This document shows positions 17,379 through 26,364 of a stretch of 64,000 nt of DNA, one piece after another. The notes below the pieces were generated by a model. That model ran no database searches. It was not told the origin of the DNA and saw only the letters and a program-made list of their open reading frames with translations. Origin of the DNA: a virus. Taxonomy: Duplodnaviria > Caudoviricetes. How positions within the stretch are numbered: the first letter of the stretch is position 1; every line of letters starts with the position of its first letter. The translations under genes were made by a program, and so were the position numbers. The DNA lies in the IMG/VR virus record IMGVR_UViG_3300009370_000001, one strand, 5' to 3'.

Positions 17379-17510
17379 ATGAAAACGAAGAAAGTACCCA
17401 AGGCTCGTAACTGGCTCGCTGTCCATGCGTGGAATCGCAAGGGTGGAGCTATCCCTAACAAGAAGAAAGTTATGAATAAGAAGGCATGCAGGAAGAAGGT
17501 GCGAGCATGA
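17379..17510 (+). CDS. Leaderless 43-aa highly basic peptide
   Basis: MKTKKVPKARNWLAVHAWNRKGGAIPNKKKVMNKKACRKKVRA; ATG at the predicted +1; ATGA coupling to the next gene. Confidence 0.55.
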   Translation: MKTKKVPKARNWLAVHAWNRKGGAIPNKKKVMNKKACRKKVRA

Positions 17511-17707
17511 GCAAATATGATTATGTTCCGTTTTTTGAGCGCGGCGATCTGGTAGAGATCAGCTTTGGCTATGGAGCTAAGAGCCTGGGCCTTTTTATGC
17601 ATTATGAAGGATGGGCTGACGATCTTCGCGCTAAGGTTTTTTGGGATGGTCAAGACCTTTCCACTCCGGTCGTGCAACTTACACTAATCAAGAGAGCAGC
17701 AGAATGA
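17507..17707 (+). CDS. xGDLV-family protein
   Basis: FERGDLVEI...LGLF...AKVFW. Confidence 0.65.
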   Translation: MSKYDYVPFFERGDLVEISFGYGAKSLGLFMHYEGWADDLRAKVFWDGQDLSTPVVQLTLIKRAAE

Positions 17708-18003
17708 ATATCTGGGTATTTATGGGACGCTGCGAAGGGGATCTATTCGCCACCACACACCTAACGGAGAAAGGCGCAGTCCTGGCGGCACTGGCGGATA
17801 TTCTGGAATATCTGGGAATCGACAGCGACGAAGATGCGCGATCTAACCCCGAAGATGCCGATGCCCTCTTGCCCTGGGATTACGACGAGCTTAAAACATT
17901 TCCCACCACGCAGCTATGGGAAGTCTACGCAGGATATCGTGAACATTTGTGGGATGATTTTTCGTATGAGATTGACATTCATCAGACACAGGTGACAGGA
18001 TGA
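17704..18003 (+). CDS. Hypothetical protein
   Basis: Coupled ORF. Confidence 0.6.
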   Translation: MNIWVFMGRCEGDLFATTHLTEKGAVLAALADILEYLGIDSDEDARSNPEDADALLPWDYDELKTFPTTQLWEVYAGYREHLWDDFSYEIDIHQTQVTG

Positions 18004-18287
18004 AACTGGTTAGAGATAACATTCCCAAGATCATTAATGACTCGGGACGCGAATGTAAATATCATAAAGCTGACGAAGCTGAACATATAGCACGCCTCAA
18101 GGATAAAATGGAGGAGGAGCTAACAGAGTTTATGCTTGAGCCATCTTGTGAAGAAGCAGCCGACATGCTGGAAGTGGTGCGCGGTTTGTGTCACATTCAC
18201 GGCATTGATTTTATGGATGCGCTGGATGCAGCCAACAATAAACATGCTCGACGTGGTGGCTTCGATGGAGGGATCGTATTGTGGTAA
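18000..18287 (+). CDS. MazG-like / HisE-like nucleoside triphosphate pyrophosphohydrolase
   Basis: KLVRDNIP...KMEEELTEF...EEAADMLEV...KHARRGGFDGGIVL. Confidence 0.85.
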   Translation: MKLVRDNIPKIINDSGRECKYHKADEAEHIARLKDKMEEELTEFMLEPSCEEAADMLEVVRGLCHIHGIDFMDALDAANNKHARRGGFDGGIVLW

Positions 18288-18502
18288 AAGATACACTGCT
18301 GCAAGTCGGTGACTTGATAAGACATAAAACTTTGGGACACACCGGGTTGATTCTTCAAAGCGATCCGCGTTCCCTATGCAGTGAAATGATCCCAAGCTAT
18401 TTTTTGATTGTGTGGAGCGATTGGCCTCGACTGCCCCAAGCAGATAACCAGACGTGGGCACTTGCAGATGATATAGAGGTGATTAATGCTGCAAGTAGGT
18501 GA
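18281..18502 (+). CDS. MKVGDLV-family small protein
   Basis: LQVGDLIR...TGLIL...IVW...DIEVINAASR. Confidence 0.7.
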   Translation: MVKDTLLQVGDLIRHKTLGHTGLILQSDPRSLCSEMIPSYFLIVWSDWPRLPQADNQTWALADDIEVINAASR

Positions 18503-18734
18503 TATCGTTAAGTTTTTTGACTATGACTATGCCGCATTTCACCGCGATACGTCTGGTGAATGTTGGCGCATCGGTGTTGTGTCGGAGATCCGTCACGAGG
18601 TGTGGGATGAAGATTGGGATCCCGCATGTCTTCCGCTTGTCGTTGTCGTTCACGACGGACACAGCCAACCCCTCGTGATGCCAAACGAAAAAAATATCGG
18701 AACCTGGGTGGAGCTTATAAGTGCCCGTAAGTGA
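18486..18734 (+). CDS. MKVGDLV-family small protein
   Basis: LQVGDIVK...IGVVSEI...VELISARK. Confidence 0.7.
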   Translation: MLQVGDIVKFFDYDYAAFHRDTSGECWRIGVVSEIRHEVWDEDWDPACLPLVVVVHDGHSQPLVMPNEKNIGTWVELISARK

Positions 18735-18738
18735 TCGA

Positions 18739-18813
18739 ATGTGGGTTATTGTTTCATTGGCGTTGGCCGTGACGGTGTGGTATTATGTGCGCTTCGGGGG
18801 AGGGGCATTATGA
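18739..18813 (+). CDS. 24-aa hydrophobic peptide
   Basis: MWVIVSLALAVTVWYYVRFGGGAL; ATGA coupling to the next gene. Confidence 0.4.
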   Translation: MWVIVSLALAVTVWYYVRFGGGAL

Positions 18814-19019
18814 AGGTCGGTGATTTGGTGCGACAGCGCGACGTTGGCATGCCTCGGCAGAATCGGAGAGTGGGCGTGGTGCGCGAGATCCGAAAGAAGG
18901 ATCACGCACGCTGGAAGGGTGATGGCTGGGATTCAGTCAGAGTATATTGGGGCGACAACCAGCGCATGAACGAGCGGTGGACTGTGCGCGGGTCATTAGA
19001 AGTTATTGATGGCGCTTGA
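18810..19019 (+). CDS. MKVGDLV-family small protein
   Basis: MKVGDLVR...VGVVREI...VRVYW...SLEVIDGA; stop in TTGACA. Confidence 0.75.
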   Translation: MKVGDLVRQRDVGMPRQNRRVGVVREIRKKDHARWKGDGWDSVRVYWGDNQRMNERWTVRGSLEVIDGA

Positions 19020-19070
19020 CATTCTCTTTACAACATTAACCTTGACTACACCCCATTTACATGCTATATT
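19016..19070 (+). promoter_or_regulatory. Triple-box early-promoter element
   Basis: TTGACA 19016, TTTACA 19027, TTGACT 19042, 17 nt, TGC-TATATT 19065. Confidence 0.85.
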
Positions 19071-19094
19071 ATAGGGGCAATCAGGAGAAAATAG

Positions 19095-19328
19095 ATGGCA
19101 GTTTATGAAGCAACCGTCACCCGTGTGCGCTATGTTCACACAGTTATCGAGGTAGAAGCCGATAGCCCCGAGGAGGCACGAGAACAGGCACAACAAGTTA
19201 TTGATGCTGGCGTCTTTGGTCAACCAAATGTGACGCACCCTTATCCAGAACCCGTTTATCAATGGACAACGCACAACCGCGAAGGTGTGCTGGGTCACGA
19301 CGAATATGAGATTGTCGACATCGCTTGA
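19095..19328 (+). CDS. Hypothetical protein (single-gene cassette between two promoter elements)
   Basis: AGGAG RBS; stop in TTGACA. Confidence 0.7.
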   Translation: MAVYEATVTRVRYVHTVIEVEADSPEEAREQAQQVIDAGVFGQPNVTHPYPEPVYQWTTHNREGVLGHDEYEIVDIA

Positions 19329-19379
19329 CATTTACTTTACAACTTAACGATTGACAAACCCCCTGAAAAATGGTATATT
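19325..19379 (+). promoter_or_regulatory. Triple-box early-promoter element
   Basis: TTGACA 19325, TTTACA 19336, TTGACA 19351, 17 nt, TGG-TATATT 19374. Confidence 0.85.
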
Positions 19380-19406
19380 ATAGGGGTAATCAAGGAGAAC
19401 ACTAAC

Positions 19407-19757
19407 ATGGCCTATCTTCACAAACAAGACATCGTAATCATTCGCCAGGGCGGCAAGACCATCCAGGCTCGCGTGGTAGACATGCGTTTCCGGCGCTTTA
19501 GACGCGCCTGGAAGGACCGCAAGACCGGCGAGAACAAGTCACGCTGGAAGTCGGTGCCCTACGCAGTGTGCGAGGTATTTGCGGGGCTTCCCGTGGGGAC
19601 CGAGTTTATTATTGCAGGCTACAAGCTGAAGAACGAAACCAAAGACGGCGAAAAGCTGCTGGTGCTGCGCGACAAGTATGCAGCCGAGTTTAATGGCGCG
19701 TGGGTAAACACCCTATTGGCCGAGAGCAAGAATATCCGTGCAAAGAGGAGTGCATAA
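19407..19757 (+). CDS. Hypothetical basic protein
   Basis: AAGGAG RBS; ORF follows the promoter. Confidence 0.7.
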   Translation: MAYLHKQDIVIIRQGGKTIQARVVDMRFRRFRRAWKDRKTGENKSRWKSVPYAVCEVFAGLPVGTEFIIAGYKLKNETKDGEKLLVLRDKYAAEFNGAWVNTLLAESKNIRAKRSA

Positions 19758-20126
19758 ATGGGTTATCGATCACAAGTAGTATTGGCTATCGGAGAAGCAT
19801 TGATTCCACAGTTTATGGTGACAATGGCTAAATGTCCCGAGGCGCGAGCTATGTGCTTTGGGGATGCCGATCAGACGCGAGATTTCCAGGGAGAAAAGGG
19901 CAGTCTCTTTTTTGAATGGGATCATATTAAATGGTATGCCGGTTATGAAGAGGTCCAAGCCATCGAGGATTTTCTAAACTGGGCTGAAGATAAGCTGAAG
20001 ATCGACGGCAAAGAGATTGATGGCGACGAGCATTTTCGTTTCGTTCGCATTGGCGAGGAATATGATGATATTGAAACCCGTGGGTGGGGGTTTGACATTC
20101 ACCCTGTTAGAAGTATTGAGTATTAA
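19758..20126 (+). CDS. Conserved phage hypothetical protein (MGYRS...RIGEEYDD family)
   Basis: MGYRSQV and FVRIGEEYDDIE motifs. Confidence 0.7.
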   Translation: MGYRSQVVLAIGEALIPQFMVTMAKCPEARAMCFGDADQTRDFQGEKGSLFFEWDHIKWYAGYEEVQAIEDFLNWAEDKLKIDGKEIDGDEHFRFVRIGEEYDDIETRGWGFDIHPVRSIEY

Positions 20127-20237
20127 GGAAGGATAACATGACAGGTATGGCAACATTCACATTTATTTGTATTGCGACGGGATTTAGCGCGTTTGCAGTT
20201 GCAGTAAAACGAGAGATTTGTATTAAAAGAGGAAAAA

Positions 20238-20486
20238 ATGAATACTAAAGTATGTAAACACTGCGATGAGATTTTTAATCTTGATTCGATTGCTAAAAAA
20301 GCAGCGGGTGGAAAGATTAACGAGTGCCCCGACTGCGTTGAGGAGTTGGGCACCGAGACTGCTGTAAAATATACAGGGCTTCAGATTGAAGAAACAGGAT
20401 CGTTTGCGATCAGTCGGCATGCTACAGAAGCAGACCGGCAGAAACACATGAACGACCGGCTGAAAATGGATGACTTGTCAAAATGA
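20238..20486 (+). CDS. Zn-ribbon protein
   Basis: CKHC...CPDC. Confidence 0.65.
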   Translation: MNTKVCKHCDEIFNLDSIAKKAAGGKINECPDCVEELGTETAVKYTGLQIEETGSFAISRHATEADRQKHMNDRLKMDDLSK

Positions 20487-20734
20487 AAATGACACTTGTT
20501 ATTGATAGTGAAGATTTGGATGGTATTAAAGATTCATTTAAGATCATCAAGATGATGAACGATAAATATAACACGCCAGCGCGTCAGTATAATGATCGTT
20601 CATTCGGAAAGATTCGCTACATTAAACTTCTGCGTAAATACGCGAAGTTTGCGGCTGATGAAGATTTTGACGTTGATTCGCTCAAAGCCGCTAAACGCTT
20701 TGCCGATGCGTTGTGGGCAGGCGATTTTGATTGA
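20483..20734 (+). CDS. Hypothetical protein
   Basis: Coupled ORF; stop in TTGACA. Confidence 0.65.
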   Translation: MKMTLVIDSEDLDGIKDSFKIIKMMNDKYNTPARQYNDRSFGKIRYIKLLRKYAKFAADEDFDVDSLKAAKRFADALWAGDFD

Positions 20735-20785
20735 CATTTACTTGACATGATAATGATTGACAGCAACGCCTTTTCATGCTATATT
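20731..20785 (+). promoter_or_regulatory. Triple-box early-promoter element
   Basis: TTGACA 20731, TTGACA 20742, TTGACA 20757, 17 nt, TGC-TATATT 20780. Confidence 0.9.
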
Positions 20786-20812
20786 ATAGGGGCAAATAAG
20801 GAGAGAACCACA

Positions 20813-21139
20813 ATGAGATTTGAGTTTACAGAAGAAGAAGTCGGCGCTTTGATCGAGGCACTCGGCGCGTGGATGGAGCAACCGAGCGAATGGGAAGGCG
20901 AGGAGTGGTTGCGACGGCAGGACATCGGCGCAGACCTTGACCTTGAGTTGCGCGAGGGGCTGGCCACTGGTGATGGAAACGTCGTCGATGATGCAGCCGA
21001 GGCTTTTATTCAGGCAGGCATCGACGCCCGCGAACAAGCTAAGGCAACATCCCGGGCCGCAACGCGCCGTGAACAAAGGCTGGCCGAACTGGCGAAAGGC
21101 ACCACGGCTACCCTCGCCAACGACCCCGCAGACTGGTAG
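20813..21139 (+). CDS. Hypothetical protein
   Basis: AAGGAG RBS before ATG 20813. Confidence 0.7.
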   Translation: MRFEFTEEEVGALIEALGAWMEQPSEWEGEEWLRRQDIGADLDLELREGLATGDGNVVDDAAEAFIQAGIDAREQAKATSRAATRREQRLAELAKGTTATLANDPADW

Positions 21140-21145
21140 CATAAA

Positions 21146-21355
21146 ATGAAAGTCGGTGATTTGGTTAAATGGTCCTGGCACCTTGATACAGATTGGGCGA
21201 CGACGCATTTTATGGGCGTCATCGTGGGCTCCAAGCTATACAAGATGGCGAATGGGCTGGATAAATGTATCGTGCTGCAAGTATTGACCAGGAATGGCCA
21301 AACCATCCAGGTCCGAGAAGACGAAGCAACCTTAAAGTTGATCGCCGCGTCTTGA
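21146..21355 (+). CDS. MKVGDLV-family small protein
   Basis: MKVGDLVKW...MGVIV; stop in TTGACA. Confidence 0.75.
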   Translation: MKVGDLVKWSWHLDTDWATTHFMGVIVGSKLYKMANGLDKCIVLQVLTRNGQTIQVREDEATLKLIAAS

Positions 21356-21406
21356 CATTCTCTTGACAACTTTCCTATTGACTCTCACCTATCCAGGTGG
21401 TATAAT
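21352..21406 (+). promoter_or_regulatory. Triple-box early-promoter element
   Basis: TTGACA 21352, TTGACA 21363, TTGACT 21378, 17 nt, TGG-TATAAT 21401. Confidence 0.9.
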
Positions 21407-21435
21407 GATGGCATATCAAGTAAGGAGATATATCA

Positions 21436-21657
21436 ATGGCTACTAACCTTCCCTATGTAATGACCTTTGCACAAGCGTGCGACTACTTCACCGACGAGAT
21501 TCTGCCCTTGGTTCAAGAGCAGCATGAGCAAGACGGTGTACCCGATTGGCCCGCCCGATGCGAAACCTGGAACAACTGGACCGATAGCCTATGCAAAGAC
21601 GGACAGATCAGCGACTGGCAGTATATGAACTGGACACACCCGCCCTGCAACGGTTGA
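21436..21657 (+). CDS. Hypothetical protein (single-gene cassette)
   Basis: AAGGAG RBS; WNNWTDSLCKDGQI; stop in TTGACA. Confidence 0.7.
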   Translation: MATNLPYVMTFAQACDYFTDEILPLVQEQHEQDGVPDWPARCETWNNWTDSLCKDGQISDWQYMNWTHPPCNG

Positions 21658-21708
21658 CATTCACTTTACAACATTAACCTTGACATCCACACCCCAGCAT
21701 GCTATATT
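21654..21708 (+). promoter_or_regulatory. Triple-box early-promoter element
   Basis: TTGACA 21654, TTTACA 21665, TTGACA 21680, 17 nt, TGC-TATATT 21703. Confidence 0.9.
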
Positions 21709-21733
21709 GTATGCATAGAACGGAGAAAACTAT

Positions 21734-22522
21734 ATGGGAAACTATAACGGAACAGTCCACTGCGGGCATTGCTACCAACAAGGACACAACCGGAGATCGT
21801 GCCCGAGAAAACTGGAGAGCCTGCAACGGCAATACGCCGAGGCTAAGGAAAGCGGCAATGACAATAGCTATACACAGTATTACGCGCAGCAGATTGCAAA
21901 GATGACCGGCACGAACCCCGAGACTGGGGCGACACGCAAGCGTCGGAATGAAAGCTATGGGCGCAAGTGTTCCTATTGCCGCGAGGGTGGCCATTCGCGC
22001 CGGACTTGTCCAACGCTCAAAGAAGACCAGCGCAACTATCGCCGCATGTCGTCAGTAGTGCGGAAAGATATGCTGGCTCGCATGCAGGAGCATGGTTTCG
22101 GTGTCGGTTCCCTGGTAACGATGACAGCGAACCAGTGGAATCAAGCAGCAGGCGAGTATCAGGAGGTAAAGAACGCTTATCTGGTGACAAACATTAAGTG
22201 GGACAGCATTGGACCCCACAACCAGCACGGCAATAGCTGTGTCAAAGTGATGTCGGTCAAAGACCCGAGCAATCAAGTCTGGATGACGATGCCCACGGAG
22301 GTCAGCGGAAGCGAAGAGAACCGCTACAGCCGCGCCCCGGAGATTGTTGGGGCTACAGCCCCGGAAAAGATTAACCCTCCGTCAGCGTGGACAGCAGGAG
22401 CCCGAGCAGAAGAAGGCGAGAACGCACCTTTTGAGAAGGGTGCCCAGCGTCAAGGATACTGGTGGCACAACGAGGGCAGCGTTCTCCTGGATCGCTGGGC
22501 AGGGATCGAGTCAACCGAGTAG
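21734..22522 (+). CDS. Protein with two CCHC zinc knuckles
   Basis: CGHCYQQGHNRRSC and CSYCREGGHSRRTC. Confidence 0.8.
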   Translation: MGNYNGTVHCGHCYQQGHNRRSCPRKLESLQRQYAEAKESGNDNSYTQYYAQQIAKMTGTNPETGATRKRRNESYGRKCSYCREGGHSRRTCPTLKEDQRNYRRMSSVVRKDMLARMQEHGFGVGSLVTMTANQWNQAAGEYQEVKNAYLVTNIKWDSIGPHNQHGNSCVKVMSVKDPSNQVWMTMPTEVSGSEENRYSRAPEIVGATAPEKINPPSAWTAGARAEEGENAPFEKGAQRQGYWWHNEGSVLLDRWAGIESTE

Positions 22523-22577
22523 TTGACATTCCCTTTACAACTTGGGGGTAGACAGCCCCCAGGTTCTATGGTATAAT
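22523..22577 (+). promoter_or_regulatory. Triple-box early-promoter element
   Basis: TTGACA 22523, TTTACA 22534, TAGACA 22549, 17 nt, TGG-TATAAT 22572. Confidence 0.85.
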
Positions 22578-22600
22578 GCTTGCATACGATGGAGAAAGCG

Positions 22601-22765
22601 ATGAGCCCCTGGATGACCGAGAGACTAAACACCTTGAAAACAGAGAACCAGCCCGAGCGTCCCGCGCTCCGCATCCCGACACCGCGCCCGGCACCGGCAC
22701 GTCGCCCCGAGCGTCGGCCCGAACCCACTCGCGGCGTTATTATCGTTGACTTGACAATCAGTTGA
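22601..22765 (+). CDS. Small Pro/Arg-rich protein ending RGVIIVDL
   Basis: GGAG RBS; stop in the second TTGACA box. Confidence 0.6.
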   Translation: MSPWMTERLNTLKTENQPERPALRIPTPRPAPARRPERRPEPTRGVIIVDLTIS

Positions 22766-22805
22766 CAACTTCCTTGTTGACAGACCTATTTACCCATGCT
22801 ATATT
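22751..22805 (+). promoter_or_regulatory. Triple-box early-promoter element
   Basis: TTGACA 22751, TTGACA 22762, TTGACA 22777, 17 nt, TGC-TATATT 22800. Confidence 0.9.
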
Positions 22806-22846
22806 ATTAGCGTAAGAAACAAAGAACCCCGAACCCGGAACCAATC

Positions 22847-23935
22847 ATGTCAGTAGACTTCAAGACCTTTCAAACCGTAGTAGCTCATATCCTCGATTAC
22901 AAGTTTCCCGTGCTGGTGCGCGGTAGGCATGGCGTCGGCAAATCCGAGGTAGTGTATCAGATTGCTGCTGATCGCAACCTTCCGATTGTCGAGCGTCGTG
23001 CAAGCCAGATGACAGAGGGTGACTTGCTTGGTCTTCCCGATACCTGTGACACCGCTATCAGTGGGCGCAAGGCTACCACGTGGAACGCTCCAGATTGGCT
23101 TGTGACGGCTTGTGAGCAACCCGTGGTACTCTTCCTCGATGAAGTGGACCGGGCAACGATGGAAGTCCGTCAGGGACTCTTTGAGTTGACCGACAGTCGC
23201 AAGATCAACGGCTGGAAGCTGCACCCCGAAACCCTCATTGTCGCCGCTGTCAACGGTGGCGAGCATGGCGCACAATATCAGGTAGGAGAAATGGACCCTG
23301 CCGAGTTGGATCGCTGGACCGTGTTCGATGTCGAGCCTTCCGTAGAAGACTGGCTCACCTGGGGCAAGGACAATGTTAATGAAGTGCTGTGGGACTTCGT
23401 GAACCACAACCGTCAACACCTTGAGCATCAGGGCGAGCATGAGCCGAACAAAGTTTATCCTTCTCGCCGTAGCTGGAAGCGGTTTAATGATACCGCTGTT
23501 CCCACTGGCGCGTTTACCGAGGATGGACAGAACGGCGAGTTGCTGTATCAGCTTGCAACCGCCTTTGTCGGCTTTGAAGCCGCTGTAGCACTTAAGGACT
23601 TCGTTGAGAAGTATGAGTGGCAAGTGACGGTAGAGGATCTGCTTGACAACGGACAGATCGAGCGCACCGAGAAGTGGGGCATCAATGACCATGCTGCGAT
23701 GATCGAGAAGCTGGACGCCTCCGGTGTCCTGGCTGAAACGCTCAACGAGACACAGGTTAGTAACCTTGCCACCTATTTCGTCTCGCTGCCCTCGGAAGTG
23801 GCCATGAAGTTGTGGACCGTCCTGGGAGACACCGACAACATTGAAAATGTCGTAGCACTCCACAAGGCAGAATCGGCCTCTGGACAGAAGGTTAGTGAAC
23901 ACCTTGTGGAAATCCTGGGAGGCTCCCAGGAGTGA
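22847..23935 (+). CDS. MoxR/dynein-related AAA+ ATPase
   Basis: Walker A GRHGVGKS, Walker B VLFLDEVDRA, AAVN sensor, MDPAELDRW. Confidence 0.92.
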   Translation: MSVDFKTFQTVVAHILDYKFPVLVRGRHGVGKSEVVYQIAADRNLPIVERRASQMTEGDLLGLPDTCDTAISGRKATTWNAPDWLVTACEQPVVLFLDEVDRATMEVRQGLFELTDSRKINGWKLHPETLIVAAVNGGEHGAQYQVGEMDPAELDRWTVFDVEPSVEDWLTWGKDNVNEVLWDFVNHNRQHLEHQGEHEPNKVYPSRRSWKRFNDTAVPTGAFTEDGQNGELLYQLATAFVGFEAAVALKDFVEKYEWQVTVEDLLDNGQIERTEKWGINDHAAMIEKLDASGVLAETLNETQVSNLATYFVSLPSEVAMKLWTVLGDTDNIENVVALHKAESASGQKVSEHLVEILGGSQE

Positions 23936-24141
23936 GGATCTTGAAGGCTGGCGACCTACTAATCAGGGAGCGCGATAAGCGCCCCTGTATCGTCTTGGAG
24001 GTCCAAGAGAGTACGAAACCCCAGTGGGGCACCCTGGACGCCAGCAGACGGCGATACAGGCTCTTTGAGAGCCATTCTGGAGTGTCCCGCTGGGTAGTCG
24101 ATACCGAGGTTGCCGTCAAATACACCCTAACAACCGATTGA
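23932..24141 (+). CDS. xGDLV-family small protein
   Basis: LKAGDLLI...CIVLEV; stop in TTGACA. Confidence 0.65.
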   Translation: MRILKAGDLLIRERDKRPCIVLEVQESTKPQWGTLDASRRRYRLFESHSGVSRWVVDTEVAVKYTLTTD

Positions 24142-24192
24142 CATTCACTTGACAACTTTTCCCTGGACAAACCTACGTACCCATGCTATATT
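24138..24192 (+). promoter_or_regulatory. Triple-box early-promoter element
   Basis: TTGACA 24138, TTGACA 24149, TGGACA 24164, 17 nt, TGC-TATATT 24187. Confidence 0.85.
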
Positions 24193-24217
24193 GTATGTGT
24201 AGAAAGGAAAGAACCCT

Positions 24218-25474
24218 ATGAGCGACGACAAACCCACTCCCTTTGACTTGAACAAGCACACGGCGCGGCTGCTTATGCGCGAGCCGTTTTTCGCTGGGCT
24301 GTCTCGGCGGATCGACAAGACCCCGACGACTGAGATCCCGACTGCCGGTGTTCGCATTAATCCCGAACGGGCACAGTTTGAGTTGATGTATAACCCTGAC
24401 TTCATGGCGAGCCTTAGCGACAAGCACCGACTTGCGATCTTGAAGCATGAGTTTTACCATATCATCTTTGAGCATGTGACACACCGCAAGCCTGCCGATG
24501 GCATTAGCCGCCTGGACAACATTGCGATGGATCTGGCAATCAACGGCTTGCCCGACATGAAGACTAACCTTCCCAACGATGCCGAGCCAGGACCACCGAC
24601 CGGATCGGCTGGTGAGCCCATGAAGGCATGCATCCCCGGAGAAGGGCCATTCGCTCACTTGCCTTGTGAGAAGTCCTATGAGTGGTACAAGGCAGCACTC
24701 CAAGACATGCAGAAAGAGAAGCCAGAAGGCGAGCCAGGGGAGCCAGGACAAGGCGAGCCCGGTGATGGCGATCCCTTCGGCGGCATGGATGCGCTGGACG
24801 ATCACGGCGAGTTTGGCGAGGGTCAAGGCACCGCAGACGAGATCGCTAAGGAACGTCTGAAGGAAGCGGTAAAGCAGGCAGCAGAGGAAGCCGAGAAGGC
24901 TAATAACTGGGGCACTGTTTCAGGAAACACCCGGCGCGACATTATGGATCGCATCGCTACTAAGGTTGACTGGCGCAAGGTGTTGCGTTATTTCGTGAAG
25001 ACCACGCAACGCTCCGACAAGACCAGCACGCCGAGGAAACTGAACCGCAGATTTCCACGCATCCACGCAGGAAAGCGCGTCCGTCGTCACGCTCGCATTG
25101 CTATCAGCATCGACCAGTCTGGATCGGTGGATGATAAAATGCTTCAAGCGTTCTTCTCCGAGTTGAACAAGTTGGCCGAGATTGCCGAGTTTACTGTTAT
25201 CCCATTCGATTCAGTAGTGGGCGAGGATAAGATTTATGTATGGAAGAAGGGTGCAACCCGCAGAACCGAGCGCGTTATGTGCGGCGGGACTTGCTTTAAT
25301 GCTCCAACCAAGTACGTGAACGAACACGGATTCGATGGACATATTATCCTTACTGACCTGATGGCACCTAAGCCGATGGCGAGCAAGTGTCAACGCATGT
25401 GGATGACGACTAAGGCATACGCGGCGCGTCCCTACTTCCAGACTAACGAGCGAGTCATCGCAATCGACAGTTGA
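24218..25474 (+). CDS. DUF2201-type metallopeptidase + vWA-like domain protein
   Basis: IPTAGV, ILKHEFYH (HExxH), NIAMDLAIN, SIDQSGSV (MIDAS), GGTCF, ILTDL. Confidence 0.88.
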   Translation: MSDDKPTPFDLNKHTARLLMREPFFAGLSRRIDKTPTTEIPTAGVRINPERAQFELMYNPDFMASLSDKHRLAILKHEFYHIIFEHVTHRKPADGISRLDNIAMDLAINGLPDMKTNLPNDAEPGPPTGSAGEPMKACIPGEGPFAHLPCEKSYEWYKAALQDMQKEKPEGEPGEPGQGEPGDGDPFGGMDALDDHGEFGEGQGTADEIAKERLKEAVKQAAEEAEKANNWGTVSGNTRRDIMDRIATKVDWRKVLRYFVKTTQRSDKTSTPRKLNRRFPRIHAGKRVRRHARIAISIDQSGSVDDKMLQAFFSELNKLAEIAEFTVIPFDSVVGEDKIYVWKKGATRRTERVMCGGTCFNAPTKYVNEHGFDGHIILTDLMAPKPMASKCQRMWMTTKAYAARPYFQTNERVIAIDS

Positions 25475-25524
25475 CAAGCACTTGACATTTCGGGGTAGAC
25501 AACCTGCCCCGAATATGTTATATT
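25471..25524 (+). promoter_or_regulatory. Triple-box early-promoter element
   Basis: TTGACA 25471, TTGACA 25482, TAGACA 25496, 17 nt, TGT-TATATT 25519. Confidence 0.85.
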
Positions 25525-25552
25525 GCTATATACAAACAGGAGATCCCTACTT

Positions 25553-26362
25553 ATGGCTCGCACAACCTACGCCGACCGCTTGAAAGCCCTTATCACCAAC
25601 CCCGCTATGTCTGCGCGTGACTGCCAGTTTGCAAGCAGCTTGCTTGCCTACTACGTCAAGCGCAAGTCGCTGACCAGTGGCCGCGCTCGCTGTGTGCGCG
25701 AGCTTGAGGCACGGTACAGCGCCGAGGCAGTAGCCGAGCGTGCAGCCCGCACCGCACCGCTAACGGCTCGATTGCAGGCGCTCACTGCCCGTGTGACCGA
25801 GGGTTCATGGGCTGGCGGGTTCGTGGAGTCTTTGACCGAGCAAGTGGCGTCAGGACGCAACCTAAGCCCACGCCAGATCGAGATCCTGGAGAAGATCGAG
25901 AGCGAGCATAGCGACGAGGCTATTAATGCTGCCGCTTCCTGGGATGCCGACTTCTCCGATGACATGCGCGACCGGCTGACCGTTGCGGCACGTTATTATC
26001 GTCGCACTGGCTACTTTACTAACCTTGTGGATCGTGCGTTGACCCCTGATGGCCAACCGACCGCATTTATTCCGACTGAAAAGCAGTATCGGAAGGTCAC
26101 CGAAAACAAGTATGCACAGAAGGTATTGACCGCGCACTATGACGCGCCAAAGTACGCCACTGGCTCGATGGTGCAACTGCGCCCGAGTTGCGGCTATCTC
26201 GCACGTTCCAAAGCAGGCGACAAGCCCTGTGTCGTTATCTCGACCACGGAGCCCATCGTGAGCGCGTGCAAGGGTGCAAAGATGTATCGGATCTTGCCCA
26301 TCGGATCCGCAACTATGATCACAATCGAGGAGCGTCACATTAAGAAGGCGCGAGGAGTATAA
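25553..26362 (+). CDS. Hypothetical protein
   Basis: AGGAG RBS before ATG 25553. Confidence 0.75.
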   Translation: MARTTYADRLKALITNPAMSARDCQFASSLLAYYVKRKSLTSGRARCVRELEARYSAEAVAERAARTAPLTARLQALTARVTEGSWAGGFVESLTEQVASGRNLSPRQIEILEKIESEHSDEAINAAASWDADFSDDMRDRLTVAARYYRRTGYFTNLVDRALTPDGQPTAFIPTEKQYRKVTENKYAQKVLTAHYDAPKYATGSMVQLRPSCGYLARSKAGDKPCVVISTTEPIVSACKGAKMYRILPIGSATMITIEERHIKKARGV

Positions 26363-26364
26363 AC

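Noticed and set aside
17379-17510. ArfA (alternative ribosome rescue factor) assignment for the basic peptide
   Set aside because: Similarity is compositional only; the KGKGS-type motif is absent.
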